In this document: piece by piece, positions 1-8,447 of the stretch
How the letters are laid out: the number at the start of each line of letters is the position of its first letter
Position numbering within the stretch: position 1 is the stretch's first letter
NCBI GenBank assembly: GCA_050246815.1
Contig: JBFWVI010000026.1
Location: 1-22,718, forward strand
From: Bdellovibrionales bacterium
GTDB taxonomy: Bacteria; Bdellovibrionota; Bdellovibrionia; Bdellovibrionales; UBA1609
Reading direction: 5' to 3'
DNA: 22,718 bases
Program-made: the position numbers and the translations under genes
Notes under the pieces: model-generated
Told to the model about the DNA's origin: nothing
The model's database searches: none
The model's input: the letters and a program-made list of their open reading frames with translations, nothing else

Positions 1-776
1 TGCTGTCGCATATTCGCTTCCATTGCCGGCAGCTGCTTTTGAATTTCATTGTACATTAAGGGCATGGCGGCCAAGGCCATTCGATTGGCCTCTGTCCATG
101 TCGTCCGCAAGCGCGGGCTCAGCGCGGTCACTTGCTGGTCTAAAACGGGGGTCAAGTCCTGCGCGCCACCTGGGCCATCCACGAAAAGCGCATAGCTGGG
201 CTGAACCTGGTTGGGTTTCATTATGGCATATTCTTGATCAATTTTGTCAGCGGGGATCGAAAACTGAATGACTCTAAAACCACTGCCCTCAAATGCATTT
301 TCATAACCGTAAAAAAATTCGGCGAAATGCCGCGCCACTTGATCTTTGATGCCTTGATCTACGCCGGGTACCATATTGGCATATTCATGCATCAAGGTTT
401 GCAACAACAAGTTGAAGGGCTTGAGCGGTGCCGACGCAAACGAATCACGGTTCAAAACATCTGCGCTCACCAAAATCGGGCCGTAAGAACCATCTGCAAT
501 CCCCATAAAACGATTCGAGTCCGCATTCTTAAATGCGTAGCCGTTGAAATTGGGCACCTTCTGCAAAGCCACTCCGGATTGGCAAAGAGACCGAATTTGC
601 AATAAAAACTTTTGCTGCGAATGCAAGTAGCTGTCGCGCTTGGCCGCCAGCAGGACATGTTGAACCAAGGGACAAAAAATTCTATGCGCTGCCTGAACCA
701 AGGGGAATCGATCTTGGGCTTGGGCCACCTGGGTCACAAAACTCAATATGAAGGCGAACAAGACAGATCGAATCAA
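1..776 (-). CDS. Secreted hypothetical protein, runs off the left edge; degenerate zincin-like motif; paralog of 780..1670
   Basis: Not in the ORF track. Hand translation from TTG at 776 (AAGGAG SD just upstream) is open to position 1: MIRSVLFAFILSFVTQVAQAQDRFPLVQAAHRIFC...LLLQTLMHEYANMVPG...YALFVDGPGGAQDLTPVLDQQV...EANMRQ. Signal peptide ends in AQA. Starts 3 nt after the upstream stop. Confidence 0.85.
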   Translation of the reverse strand, partial: MIRSVLFAFILSFVTQVAQAQDRFPLVQAAHRIFCPLVQHVLLAAKRDSYLHSQQKFLLQIRSLCQSGVALQKVPNFNGYAFKNADSNRFMGIADGSYGPILVSADVLNRDSFASAPLKPFNLLLQTLMHEYANMVPGVDQGIKDQVARHFAEFFYGYENAFEGSGFRVIQFSIPADKIDQEYAIMKPNQVQPSYALFVDGPGGAQDLTPVLDQQVTALSPRLRTTWTEANRMALAAMPLMYNEIQKQLPAMEANMRQ

Positions 777-779
777 ACG

Positions 780-1670
780 CTACTCCTTAAGGGCCTCATC
801 ACAAGGCCCGTAGGGCCTAAAATTCACCGGCCGAATCGAGTGGATATGGGTCATGATCTGCTCTTTGGCGTTTGCAAAGGTCGTACCCTCAGGCACGCCA
901 ATCATCAGCAGCCCCTCAAAACGCGACGAACCGCAATCCCACTGCACCTTGGCCACCACGGCGTGCTCTGCCACTTGCAGTGACGAAATCTGCCTAATGA
1001 GGCCCTTTTCAGCCCCTTCACAAACCAGGTTTTGCTCCACGGACGGAGTCTCATCTAAAGTGCCCTCGGGCCATTCCAACAAAAGCTTATACTCGGTTAT
1101 CCTCGGCTCAAGACTCATGCCCAGCAAGTGAACCCAGGCTTCCGTCCCATTCAGTTGCAGCGTTTGGTACTGAGTTTTTTGTGCCACCGCATGGGCCAGA
1201 CGAGCGGCCAAGGCCCACACATCGGCACGACTAGCACCATGATCATTTAAAATTTGTTTTATGTGCGGCGAACGCCCCCACGCCTCAAACGCCAAAGCCC
1301 AAAGCTCACTCGCGCTTAAAGCAATCCCTTTTTCATCGTAAAGGACTCGGCTAGAGATGTGGATTTGCATCGGGTTCGTTTTGTCATATTGAAATTTGTC
1401 TTGCTTACCCGATTCATCATAAAAGAAGCCCACTTCGAGGCGTGAAAAATCAGCGCCCGCCGCGAACTGCACTATGGATTTTTCGCCTTGGCTCCAATCC
1501 CCTTGCGCGATTTGCGAGCTGTAAATTTTTAACAGGGTGTTCATATGGCTATAGGCACTCAAGACCACCATTTCCGCGTACCCCCCGCCATTAAAGACCA
1601 CTCGGATGGCCAAGGCCGGTACCGCAAACGTCAGCAAACCAATCAAAAAAAGCCACTTGATATTTTTCAT
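780..1670 (-). CDS. Secreted hypothetical protein (296 aa)
   Basis: Signal peptide MKNIKWLFLIGLLTFAVPALA, then an NGGG motif. C-terminus GPCDEALKE. Start overlaps the upstream stop (ATGA, 1667-1670). Confidence 0.85.
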   Translation of the reverse strand: MKNIKWLFLIGLLTFAVPALAIRVVFNGGGYAEMVVLSAYSHMNTLLKIYSSQIAQGDWSQGEKSIVQFAAGADFSRLEVGFFYDESGKQDKFQYDKTNPMQIHISSRVLYDEKGIALSASELWALAFEAWGRSPHIKQILNDHGASRADVWALAARLAHAVAQKTQYQTLQLNGTEAWVHLLGMSLEPRITEYKLLLEWPEGTLDETPSVEQNLVCEGAEKGLIRQISSLQVAEHAVVAKVQWDCGSSRFEGLLMIGVPEGTTFANAKEQIMTHIHSIRPVNFRPYGPCDEALKE

Positions 1671-2515
1671 AAAATTCTCAATTCATTAGAGGTGGTTTTC
1701 AACTTTTCAGACGGCAGCAGAGTCAACATTTGCATAGCCAACGACACCACTTGATCGCAGTCATTTTCAGAATCGCCGTAGCGCGAGGCGACACTGATCA
1801 CGGCATCGCGCATGGCCTTGCGCAGTTCGGGCCAAGCCGCCTGTGGCAGTTTAAAGCTGACGGACATGCTTTCTCTCTCGTCCATCGAGCGTTCCTCGAC
1901 CGCATCCGCATGCAAGCGCAAAGTCTGCTGATGGCAAAGGCGAATAGCCTGGTCTGCACCCTCCCCGCCGGCCACGGTGACTTCGGTGTTGGTGCAGCGG
2001 CGGCCATTTTCATCGACAGTGATCAATCCAAGACGCTCTAACCTTGATAAGGCAGCCCCCAGCTCTTCCGTCGACAGCCCCACCGCCTTGGCCAACTCAG
2101 GGTCTGTCAGGCGCACACTTTCAAGACTTAGAATTTCTAGCAACGCAAAATGGTACCAATCGGCAACTAGACGAAACCGCTCTAAGGGCAAACGCTTTTG
2201 GCTGACCTGGGCGCGCCGTTCTGCACGAACTTCAGCCGCACGACGTTCGCGCCGATCACGCGCGAAACGTGACTCAATCAGATCCCACAAATGTTGCTCT
2301 TGATCCAACGACAGCTGGATCTTCGCTGAGATCATGGTCACACGCTCGCGCGAAAGTCCTTGGCGCCCCGACAAAAACTCGCAAAGCGAAGAAGGGCTGA
2401 TATTCAAGTCGCGAGCAAAGGCGCGCAGCGAGTACTGCGGGCGTCGACTTTGCCGCAAGTTGAGTTCAAAGCGCAAATAATCCTGGGGTTCACTTGGATA
2501 GTATTCGTTTGTCAT
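1667..2515 (-). CDS. TIGR02147/DUF4423-family HTH putative regulator
   Basis: N-terminal YLRFEL..RQSRRPQYSLRAFARDLNISPSSLCEFLSGRQGLS HTH, then DWYHFALLEIL with a second winged HTH and a typical C-terminal region (IRLCHQQTL, ERESMSVSF). ATG 2515 (MTNEYY) preferred over 2566. Confidence 0.85.
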   Translation of the reverse strand: MTNEYYPSEPQDYLRFELNLRQSRRPQYSLRAFARDLNISPSSLCEFLSGRQGLSRERVTMISAKIQLSLDQEQHLWDLIESRFARDRRERRAAEVRAERRAQVSQKRLPLERFRLVADWYHFALLEILSLESVRLTDPELAKAVGLSTEELGAALSRLERLGLITVDENGRRCTNTEVTVAGGEGADQAIRLCHQQTLRLHADAVEERSMDERESMSVSFKLPQAAWPELRKAMRDAVISVASRYGDSENDCDQVVSLAMQMLTLLPSEKLKTTSNELRIL

Positions 2516-2558
2516 GTTCGGCCATTTACCGTGCCCGCGGCCACGACACAAGCCTCTA

Positions 2559-2585
2559 CCGAACATCTATAAACACTTTGTTCGG
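2559..2585. promoter_or_regulatory. Inverted repeat CCGAACA-N13-TGTTCGG upstream of the TIGR02147 gene (candidate operator)
   Basis: CCGAACA 2559-2565 and TGTTCGG 2579-2585. A third TGTTCGG at 2515-2521 touches the start codon. Confidence 0.45.
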
Positions 2586-2656
2586 CGCGAAATATACGCG
2601 CTTTCAGATAGTTACATATATTGACAACTAAGTAGATTTTATAGAAAAACGGGCGA

Positions 2657-3652
2657 TTAAGCAGCCTTGGTCAAAACGTTTTGAGTGTTTTGCAACTTGG
2701 GTAAACACAAGACAAAATGCGTGTGAGCGGACCTATGGTCTAAGATTAATTTCCCCCCATGCCCCTCGGCAATGCGTTTTGAAAGGCTTAGGCCCAAGCC
2801 CGTTCCTTTGTCGACACGTTTTGTAGTGAAAAAGGGCTGCATGATTTTATCGCGAATTTTTTCTGGAATGCCATCGCCACTATCGATCACGCTGATTTCA
2901 ACCGAGCCTTGGTTTTCTTTCACCGAAATGGAAATCCATCTTTCTGATAGATTCTGAACGGCATCGAATGCATTGTTGCACAAATTCAACAAAATCTGCG
3001 AAATCTCGACGAACCGGCATTCAATTTCCACGTCAGGGCCCCATTCCACGGTTAACTCAACACCATTGTCCTTAAAGCGCTCTTGGCACAGACTTAAGGT
3101 GTCCGCGATAATTTTGTTCAACGAGGTCTTTTCCATGGCGTCGGCGGCGCCGTCGCGAGCGAAATTACGCATGCCTTTGATGACCTTTGAAATCCGTTTG
3201 ACCGTATTTAAAATCGTCGCCGCAGTCTGCAGCACGAAATTCTTGTCTAAATCTTTATGTTCGAGCAAAATCTCTTGCAGCTGCTCCGTGCGCATTTGGA
3301 TCACGGCCAGAGGAGTGTTGATCTCATGGGCGATTCCGCCGGCCATCTCGCCCAAAGCCGACATTTTAGTCGTGTTCATCAACCGCGACTGGGCCTCAAT
3401 CAGAGCCTGGTTTGCGACCTCAAGTTCCGATGATTTTGCTTCGGCTCTTCTTTTTGCCTCTATCAATTCTTTGGAGCTTAAGTCCTGTGATCTCTCAGAC
3501 AGTTCGCGGCTGTCATCAAAATCATGGTAAGCTTGGCTGACAGCATCAAAAAACTTTTCAAGCTCCAAACGAACATGAGCAGAATCCTCGTCAAGGATCC
3601 GCTTCAAATGGCGTCGGATCTGTCTTTCTAAAAGCTTATGCCGCGTTTTCAT
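2657..3652 (-). CDS. Cytoplasmic sensor histidine kinase (NtrB-like HisKA + HATPase), FIST-associated
   Basis: H-box GEMAGGIAHEINTPL, N-box NLCNNAFDA, G1 DSGDGI, F-box QPFFTTK, G2 GTGLGLSLS. No TM segment. Overlaps the FIST gene by 17 nt. Confidence 0.93.
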   Translation of the reverse strand: MKTRHKLLERQIRRHLKRILDEDSAHVRLELEKFFDAVSQAYHDFDDSRELSERSQDLSSKELIEAKRRAEAKSSELEVANQALIEAQSRLMNTTKMSALGEMAGGIAHEINTPLAVIQMRTEQLQEILLEHKDLDKNFVLQTAATILNTVKRISKVIKGMRNFARDGAADAMEKTSLNKIIADTLSLCQERFKDNGVELTVEWGPDVEIECRFVEISQILLNLCNNAFDAVQNLSERWISISVKENQGSVEISVIDSGDGIPEKIRDKIMQPFFTTKRVDKGTGLGLSLSKRIAEGHGGKLILDHRSAHTHFVLCLPKLQNTQNVLTKAA

Positions 3653-4784
3653 CAGTTTCGATCAAAGTGGTGATCGTCATAGTTTGATTGTGCAGCTCAC
3701 ATTTGGCGCTCGAGGTGAATGGTGAAATTTCACCATACGAATAAAAGCCCGTCAGCACTGTTTGGCTGCCAAAAATGTCGCGCACACCTTCAACCTCCTC
3801 TTCAATTCTTTGCTTTAAAACAAGCTTTCTGCCCACGCAACTGATCAAAAGCGCCAACTCGGGCGGCTCTGCCTTGAAATTTGCACGGCTCTTTTCGGCC
3901 GCGCCCACGGCACCATCCACCAATCGATCAAAATTGGCTTTCATCAGTTGCACATACGAGCCTTCGGGCACGTCTCCGGCAAAAATAAGGCTCTGATCCT
4001 CTTCATTAATGCCCAACACAGTACGAACTACACCTTGGCTGCCCTCACTCTTGATACAAAGTGGAAACAGCAAGGCGCTGCTCGGCAATTCTTTGGCATG
4101 ATCCCCCAGATAGGACTTATAAAGTTGCAGTACTGAATTGTGATCAAGCTCATATAAAACGTTGGCTTTAGATTTGGTTACCAGCCGCTCGGGCCCGAAA
4201 GAGTCCCACCCCCCTAAGGAAGCAGAACCCGTTTTGATATGACGCCCATAAAGTCCCACCACGGCGATTTGATCGTTCGAAAGACCATCGTTGCCAATCA
4301 CCAGCGTTTCTTGAAAACGTGCTTTGTCGCCAGCAAGACCGCCGGTCATAGTCACGCCCACCGGCAAAGCCGAAGCCAATCCTCGCACCAACTCACTGCC
4401 GTTGACATTCAAACCGACGGAAAGAACAAACACGTGCGATAGGCCCTTTGGATCTAGACGCCTAATCAGCTGTGCCCCGGCATCAAAACTGCTTTTGGTT
4501 TCGAAGAGGCGTAGACTTGCCGATTTGACCGTCGTTCGTTCGAAGTGAATCGCCGTTGTACACACAGAGTCGTCAAAAACTCGATCACCATGGATTTCAC
4601 CAGCTGTTGAGCAACCGAATAGTTGAGCATTGGGATAGGTCCTCTTAATCTCTTGAAGCAAAGATTGGGTTTTTAGTGCATTGGTCTCACCGAAAATAAA
4701 AACCAAATTCGCTTCACCCTGTTGATTGGATTGGCTGAATTGCCAACCACCCGACCGGGTCCATTGACGTTGTTCTAATTTCAT
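3636..4784 (-). CDS. FIST N + FIST C domain protein (NosP-like sensor)
   Basis: FIST motifs GCSTAGEI, GGLAGD, SCVGR, GFYSYGEI, LHNQTMT. GGGGA SD upstream. Confidence 0.92.
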   Translation of the reverse strand: MKLEQRQWTRSGGWQFSQSNQQGEANLVFIFGETNALKTQSLLQEIKRTYPNAQLFGCSTAGEIHGDRVFDDSVCTTAIHFERTTVKSASLRLFETKSSFDAGAQLIRRLDPKGLSHVFVLSVGLNVNGSELVRGLASALPVGVTMTGGLAGDKARFQETLVIGNDGLSNDQIAVVGLYGRHIKTGSASLGGWDSFGPERLVTKSKANVLYELDHNSVLQLYKSYLGDHAKELPSSALLFPLCIKSEGSQGVVRTVLGINEEDQSLIFAGDVPEGSYVQLMKANFDRLVDGAVGAAEKSRANFKAEPPELALLISCVGRKLVLKQRIEEEVEGVRDIFGSQTVLTGFYSYGEISPFTSSAKCELHNQTMTITTLIETDENAA

Positions 4785-5114
4785 ATTTCCCCCTTCTTTT
4801 TATCGGAAATCCATGTCATTTCGGTGAGGTAAGCGCTTTTTGACATTCGTTTCAAATTCATAAATATCTCACTTTTGAACGCTCAAATGCACGGGGTTAC
4901 GATCGACAGATCGTCTCAACAATTATTATTTTTTGATCAACAAAACGCCATCTCACCATAAAACAACGATATGAAAGCACCCTCACAATTGCCCGAACAC
5001 TTCCGAACGTTATCTGCTCGAACTTGAGCAAAAATATTTACGCCAGCAAATTGACGATGTCATAAATCAAAGGCCAACAAAATTTGCCCTCGTTAATCGA
5101 GACAAGGAGAAAAC

Positions 5115-5543
5115 ATGAAAACGGTTTTTCTGTTCCCGGCTATCGTCATCACCCTGGCTTTGACAGCCTGCCAAACTGTTCCCTACGAGGGCCAGGCCCG
5201 CGAAGTGAAGCGCAAACCCCAACAAGAAGGCGTGATCGCCCTTGAAACCAATCACCGCAGCGAGGACCGCGCCAAGGCCGATGAAAAAATGAAAAGCAAC
5301 TGCGCACCTTACCCAGTTAATATCTTAGAAGAGGGTGAAGTGGTCACAGGACAAGCAACCACCACAAACGCCAGCGAAACCAATCGCGCCTCCAGCCAAA
5401 AGAAGGTTGGCTCGCTATTCGGTATACCGGTGACCACCGGTCAAGCCAGCGGCACGGACACCTCAACGTCCTCTACCACAACAGCCCTCAAAGAATGGCA
5501 GATCTCATACACCTGCGATAAAAAAGCGACCGCCAAACGCTAA
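5115..5543 (+). CDS. Lipoprotein of unknown function
   Basis: AAGGAG SD, lipobox LTAC, two further Cys, Ser/Thr-rich segments. Confidence 0.85.
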   Translation: MKTVFLFPAIVITLALTACQTVPYEGQAREVKRKPQQEGVIALETNHRSEDRAKADEKMKSNCAPYPVNILEEGEVVTGQATTTNASETNRASSQKKVGSLFGIPVTTGQASGTDTSTSSTTTALKEWQISYTCDKKATAKR

Positions 5544-5568
5544 TCAACAACGCGCGATGGTTTTCCCC

Positions 5569-5606
5569 GAGTGGGGCCGGCACCACCTCGGCCTCACTCA
5601 TTTTTT
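5569..5606 (+). terminator. Intrinsic terminator between convergent genes
   Basis: Stem GAGTGGGGCCGG / TCGGCCTCACTC (two G-U pairs), 7-nt loop, followed by ATTTTTT. Confidence 0.7.
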
Positions 5607-6468
5607 AGATGGCTTGACGTAAAGGCGAGACCTCAAGACGAGGCTCGATAATCAAACTGGCCACGAACTCACGAATATGACGGGCCAGCAGCTCGGGATG
5701 AGTGCGCACCATCACATGAGGCGCCTCTTCAATCACTTTATGTTCACTCATAGGAACCAACTGCTGATAAGCTCTTAGGTCTTTTTCGTGGAACAGGGCG
5801 TCCGCCCCACCGGTGATCAGCAATAGCGGTATCAGATGATCGCGCAATTGATTGGACCAATAGGACCAATTTTCGTGCTGGGCAATCCAAGCAAAACGTT
5901 GCACGGCTTTGCTGATCAACATCAGCTTTCGCTCCGACAAACTCTCAAGACCCCGCCGGCCTTCTTTGCCAAAACCGAAGGTGCCGCCCAGTTGGGATAA
6001 AATTTCTTTGCCCATATGGGTTTTTAAAAAGAGCGGCAACGCGCCAGGCACCATATTCATTCCACAAAGCATACGCAGCTGAGTGTTTTTGACTCGCGCG
6101 ATCGGATCCAGCGGCATCGGGTTGAGCAATATATGCCCCTGCACCAAACTTTGAAAATGTGCGCGCAAACCATAACTCAAGGTGCCGCCATAGCTTGAGC
6201 CAACCAAAACAAAAGGCTCACGCTCGCCATTGACCACGTTCAACAACGCGGCGATCATCTGAACCTGCTTTGAAAAACTAATCGCGGACTCGCACGAAAA
6301 AAGTGGAGTGAGATTGGGAATTGCCACCCGACAGCCCGTCAGATGAGGCACCACATGATGCCAATCCAATGGGCCACCACCGTAACCGTGCAACAGCACC
6401 ACCAGTGGACCTTGCTCACCTTGAACATTGCACTTGAATTCGAAGGATCCGATTTGGATCTTACTCAC
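5605..6468 (-). CDS. Alpha/beta-fold hydrolase
   Basis: Oxyanion motif LLHGYGG, nucleophile elbow GSSYGG, Asp in GGADAL, His in EAPHV. GTG 6468 preferred because the 6744 start overlaps the ferredoxin gene. Confidence 0.88.
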   Translation of the reverse strand: MSKIQIGSFEFKCNVQGEQGPLVVLLHGYGGGPLDWHHVVPHLTGCRVAIPNLTPLFSCESAISFSKQVQMIAALLNVVNGEREPFVLVGSSYGGTLSYGLRAHFQSLVQGHILLNPMPLDPIARVKNTQLRMLCGMNMVPGALPLFLKTHMGKEILSQLGGTFGFGKEGRRGLESLSERKLMLISKAVQRFAWIAQHENWSYWSNQLRDHLIPLLLITGGADALFHEKDLRAYQQLVPMSEHKVIEEAPHVMVRTHPELLARHIREFVASLIIEPRLEVSPLRQAI

Positions 6469-6601
6469 GCTTTTGCCCCACTCACGTCCCGTTCTCTTTT
6501 TAGTATGGGGCAAACCAGATAGGCCGACGATAAGATTTACGCGCCGTGCTTCAAACCGGGACAAAGTCCTGGTCAAATTGAGAACCTCGAATGAAAAATG
6601 C

Positions 6602-7222
6602 CTACCGCCGACGGCGACGGCCCCGCCCCCGGCCTGCACCACGGCTTTCACCAACATTGCCGTCAGGGCGGCTGCCGGCCGGTTGATTGTCACCACGCCC
6701 ACCGCCGCTTTGCGAACGTCGGCCGCGGTCCTGTCCGCCGCCACCGACCTGTCGCGCCCCTTGATCCTGGCGCTGTTCGCGGGGCTGGGGGGCGCGTCCC
6801 ACCTCAGCTTCAGCCTGCTTCACAAGAGCGGTGTCTTCCTCTAAAAGAACGCCGCCCACCGAATTGTAATCTTCGGCCCGCTCTTTATTGGCGCGAGCTA
6901 AAAATTTCTTCGGCACTGGACCTTCGTTGGTCTTTTCAAGCTGCTCAGCCAAGTCCACCGTGATGTCGCCAAAACAATATAGTTGGCAAGACAGCCGCCG
7001 CTGGTCGATAAAATAGCCCGTGCCGATCAAATTCAATTCTTTGCGCGAAGGTGGCGGCACATTGTATTCACCGTCCACCAGCTTCACCCTGCATTCCGAA
7101 CAAGAAGGCATGCCATTGCAGACCGAGCGGATCGGCAGATTATTTTCGTGGGCTAAATTCATCACCGATTGGTTCGGTTTGATTTCCAGTTCTATATTTT
7201 GTGGCAGAAATTTGACCTTCAC
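6602..7222 (-). CDS. 2Fe-2S ferredoxin-domain protein with Gly/Arg-rich disordered C-terminal tail
   Basis: [10 protein letters not shown]...RLSCQ cluster ligands (C-x5-C-x2-C...C). Tail ends [15 protein letters not shown] start overlaps the tyrS stop (GTGA). Confidence 0.88.
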   Translation of the reverse strand: MKVKFLPQNIELEIKPNQSVMNLAHENNLPIRSVCNGMPSCSECRVKLVDGEYNVPPPSRKELNLIGTGYFIDQRRLSCQLYCFGDITVDLAEQLEKTNEGPVPKKFLARANKERAEDYNSVGGVLLEEDTALVKQAEAEVGRAPQPREQRQDQGARQVGGGGQDRGRRSQSGGGRGDNQPAGSRPDGNVGESRGAGRGRGRRRRR

Positions 7223-8445
7223 AACACCACCACCTTAGCAAAACGTTTTTTGCCAGCTTTCACCACCAGCTCGTCGCCCTTTTTCAGATTCAATTTCAGT
7301 TGGGGATCTTTGACTTTTTCGCTGTTGATTTCAACTGCATTGCCTTCCACCAAACGACGCGCTTCGCTGGTGGATTTGGCCAAATCAGCTTTCTGCAGCA
7401 GATGACACACCCATAAGTCTTTGGCCGCCGGCAATTCCACTTTGGGCATGTCATTGGGCAAGCCCTTGTCCACAAAAATGCGTTCGAATTCGGCAAAGGC
7501 CTCGTCGGCGGCGGCTTGACCATGAAATCGTTCGACTAATGTTTTGCCCAACTTCACCTTCACTTCGCGCGGATGAAATTTTTTGTCTTTCAAGCCTTGG
7601 CGCATGGCCGCCACTTCTTCGACGCTCATGTCCGTCAGTAACTCATAATAACGCACCATCAATTCGTCCGACACCCGCATGGTTTTGCCAAACATTTCGC
7701 GCGGCGAATCTTCGACTGCGATGTAATTATCATAGCTTTTCGACATTTTTAGCACGCCGTCCAAACCTTCAAGTAGCGGCACTGTCATGACCGCCTGCTG
7801 CGAAGTTTGGCCATAGGCCTTCTGCAACTCACGTCCGACCAGCAGATTGAACAGTTGGTCGGTTCCACCCAATTCAACATCCGCCTTCAACACCACCGAA
7901 TCGTAGCCTTGTGCCAAGGGGTACAAAAATTCATGAATCGAAATCGGCTGGTGATTTTTGAAACGTTTGCTGAAGTCTTCTCTTTCCAACATTCGAGCGA
8001 CGGTGTATTGCCCCAGCAGCTTTAAAAAATCGGCGGGCGTGAATTTGCCCAGCCATTCGTTGTTGTAGACCACTTCGGTTTTTTGCCTGTCCAATATTTT
8101 ATAGACTTGGCGAGCATAAGTTTCGGCATTGACCTTGATTTCTTCCACGGTCAACGCGGGGCGGGTTTCATTGCGCCCGGTGGGATCCCCAATCAATCCG
8201 GTGAAATCACCAATCAAAAAAATCACATGGTGACCAAATTGTTGAAACTGCCGCATCTTATTGATCAAAACGGTGTGACCCACATGCAGGTCGGGGCGCG
8301 ACGGATCAAAACCGGCTTTTACCTTGAGTGGCTTGTTGTTTTTGACCGCATCTTTAAGCTTTTGCAGCAATTCGGCTTCGCCGACCAAATCGACGATGCC
8401 TTTTTTAAGTTGCTTCAACTGCTCTTCGGCCGGAACCCAAGCCAT
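7219..8445 (-). CDS. tyrS: Tyrosine--tRNA ligase
   Basis: [13 protein letters not shown] (HIGH motif), GGTDQ, KMSKS, C-terminal S4 domain. Confidence 0.98.
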   Translation of the reverse strand: MAWVPAEEQLKQLKKGIVDLVGEAELLQKLKDAVKNNKPLKVKAGFDPSRPDLHVGHTVLINKMRQFQQFGHHVIFLIGDFTGLIGDPTGRNETRPALTVEEIKVNAETYARQVYKILDRQKTEVVYNNEWLGKFTPADFLKLLGQYTVARMLEREDFSKRFKNHQPISIHEFLYPLAQGYDSVVLKADVELGGTDQLFNLLVGRELQKAYGQTSQQAVMTVPLLEGLDGVLKMSKSYDNYIAVEDSPREMFGKTMRVSDELMVRYYELLTDMSVEEVAAMRQGLKDKKFHPREVKVKLGKTLVERFHGQAAADEAFAEFERIFVDKGLPNDMPKVELPAAKDLWVCHLLQKADLAKSTSEARRLVEGNAVEINSEKVKDPQLKLNLKKGDELVVKAGKKRFAKVVVL

Positions 8446-8447
8446 GA

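Noticed and set aside
23..1131. Plus-strand ORFs 23..271, 234..605, 612..983 and 853..1131
   Set aside because: They are antisense shadows of the two minus-strand secreted-protein genes, which have SD sequences, signal peptides and mutual similarity.
2559..2585. Gram-positive-type LexA box (CGAAC-N4-GTTCG)
   Set aside because: The half-sites match but their spacing is far longer than 4 nt.
4866..4964. Recurring RTCTCA hexamers (also near 21604)
   Set aside because: The partner half-sites are too degenerate to define a motif from this window alone.
6041..6052. GCGCCAGGCACC, resembling the repeat core
   Set aside because: It lies within hydrolase coding sequence (VPGA), is imperfect and lacks the flanking repeat sequence.
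6469..6744. 92-aa N-terminal extension of the alpha/beta hydrolase
   Set aside because: It overlaps the ferredoxin tail in another frame. The hydrolase fold starts at about GTG 6468.
8446..8447. T-box leader for tyrS
   Set aside because: Only 2 nt separate rny and tyrS.
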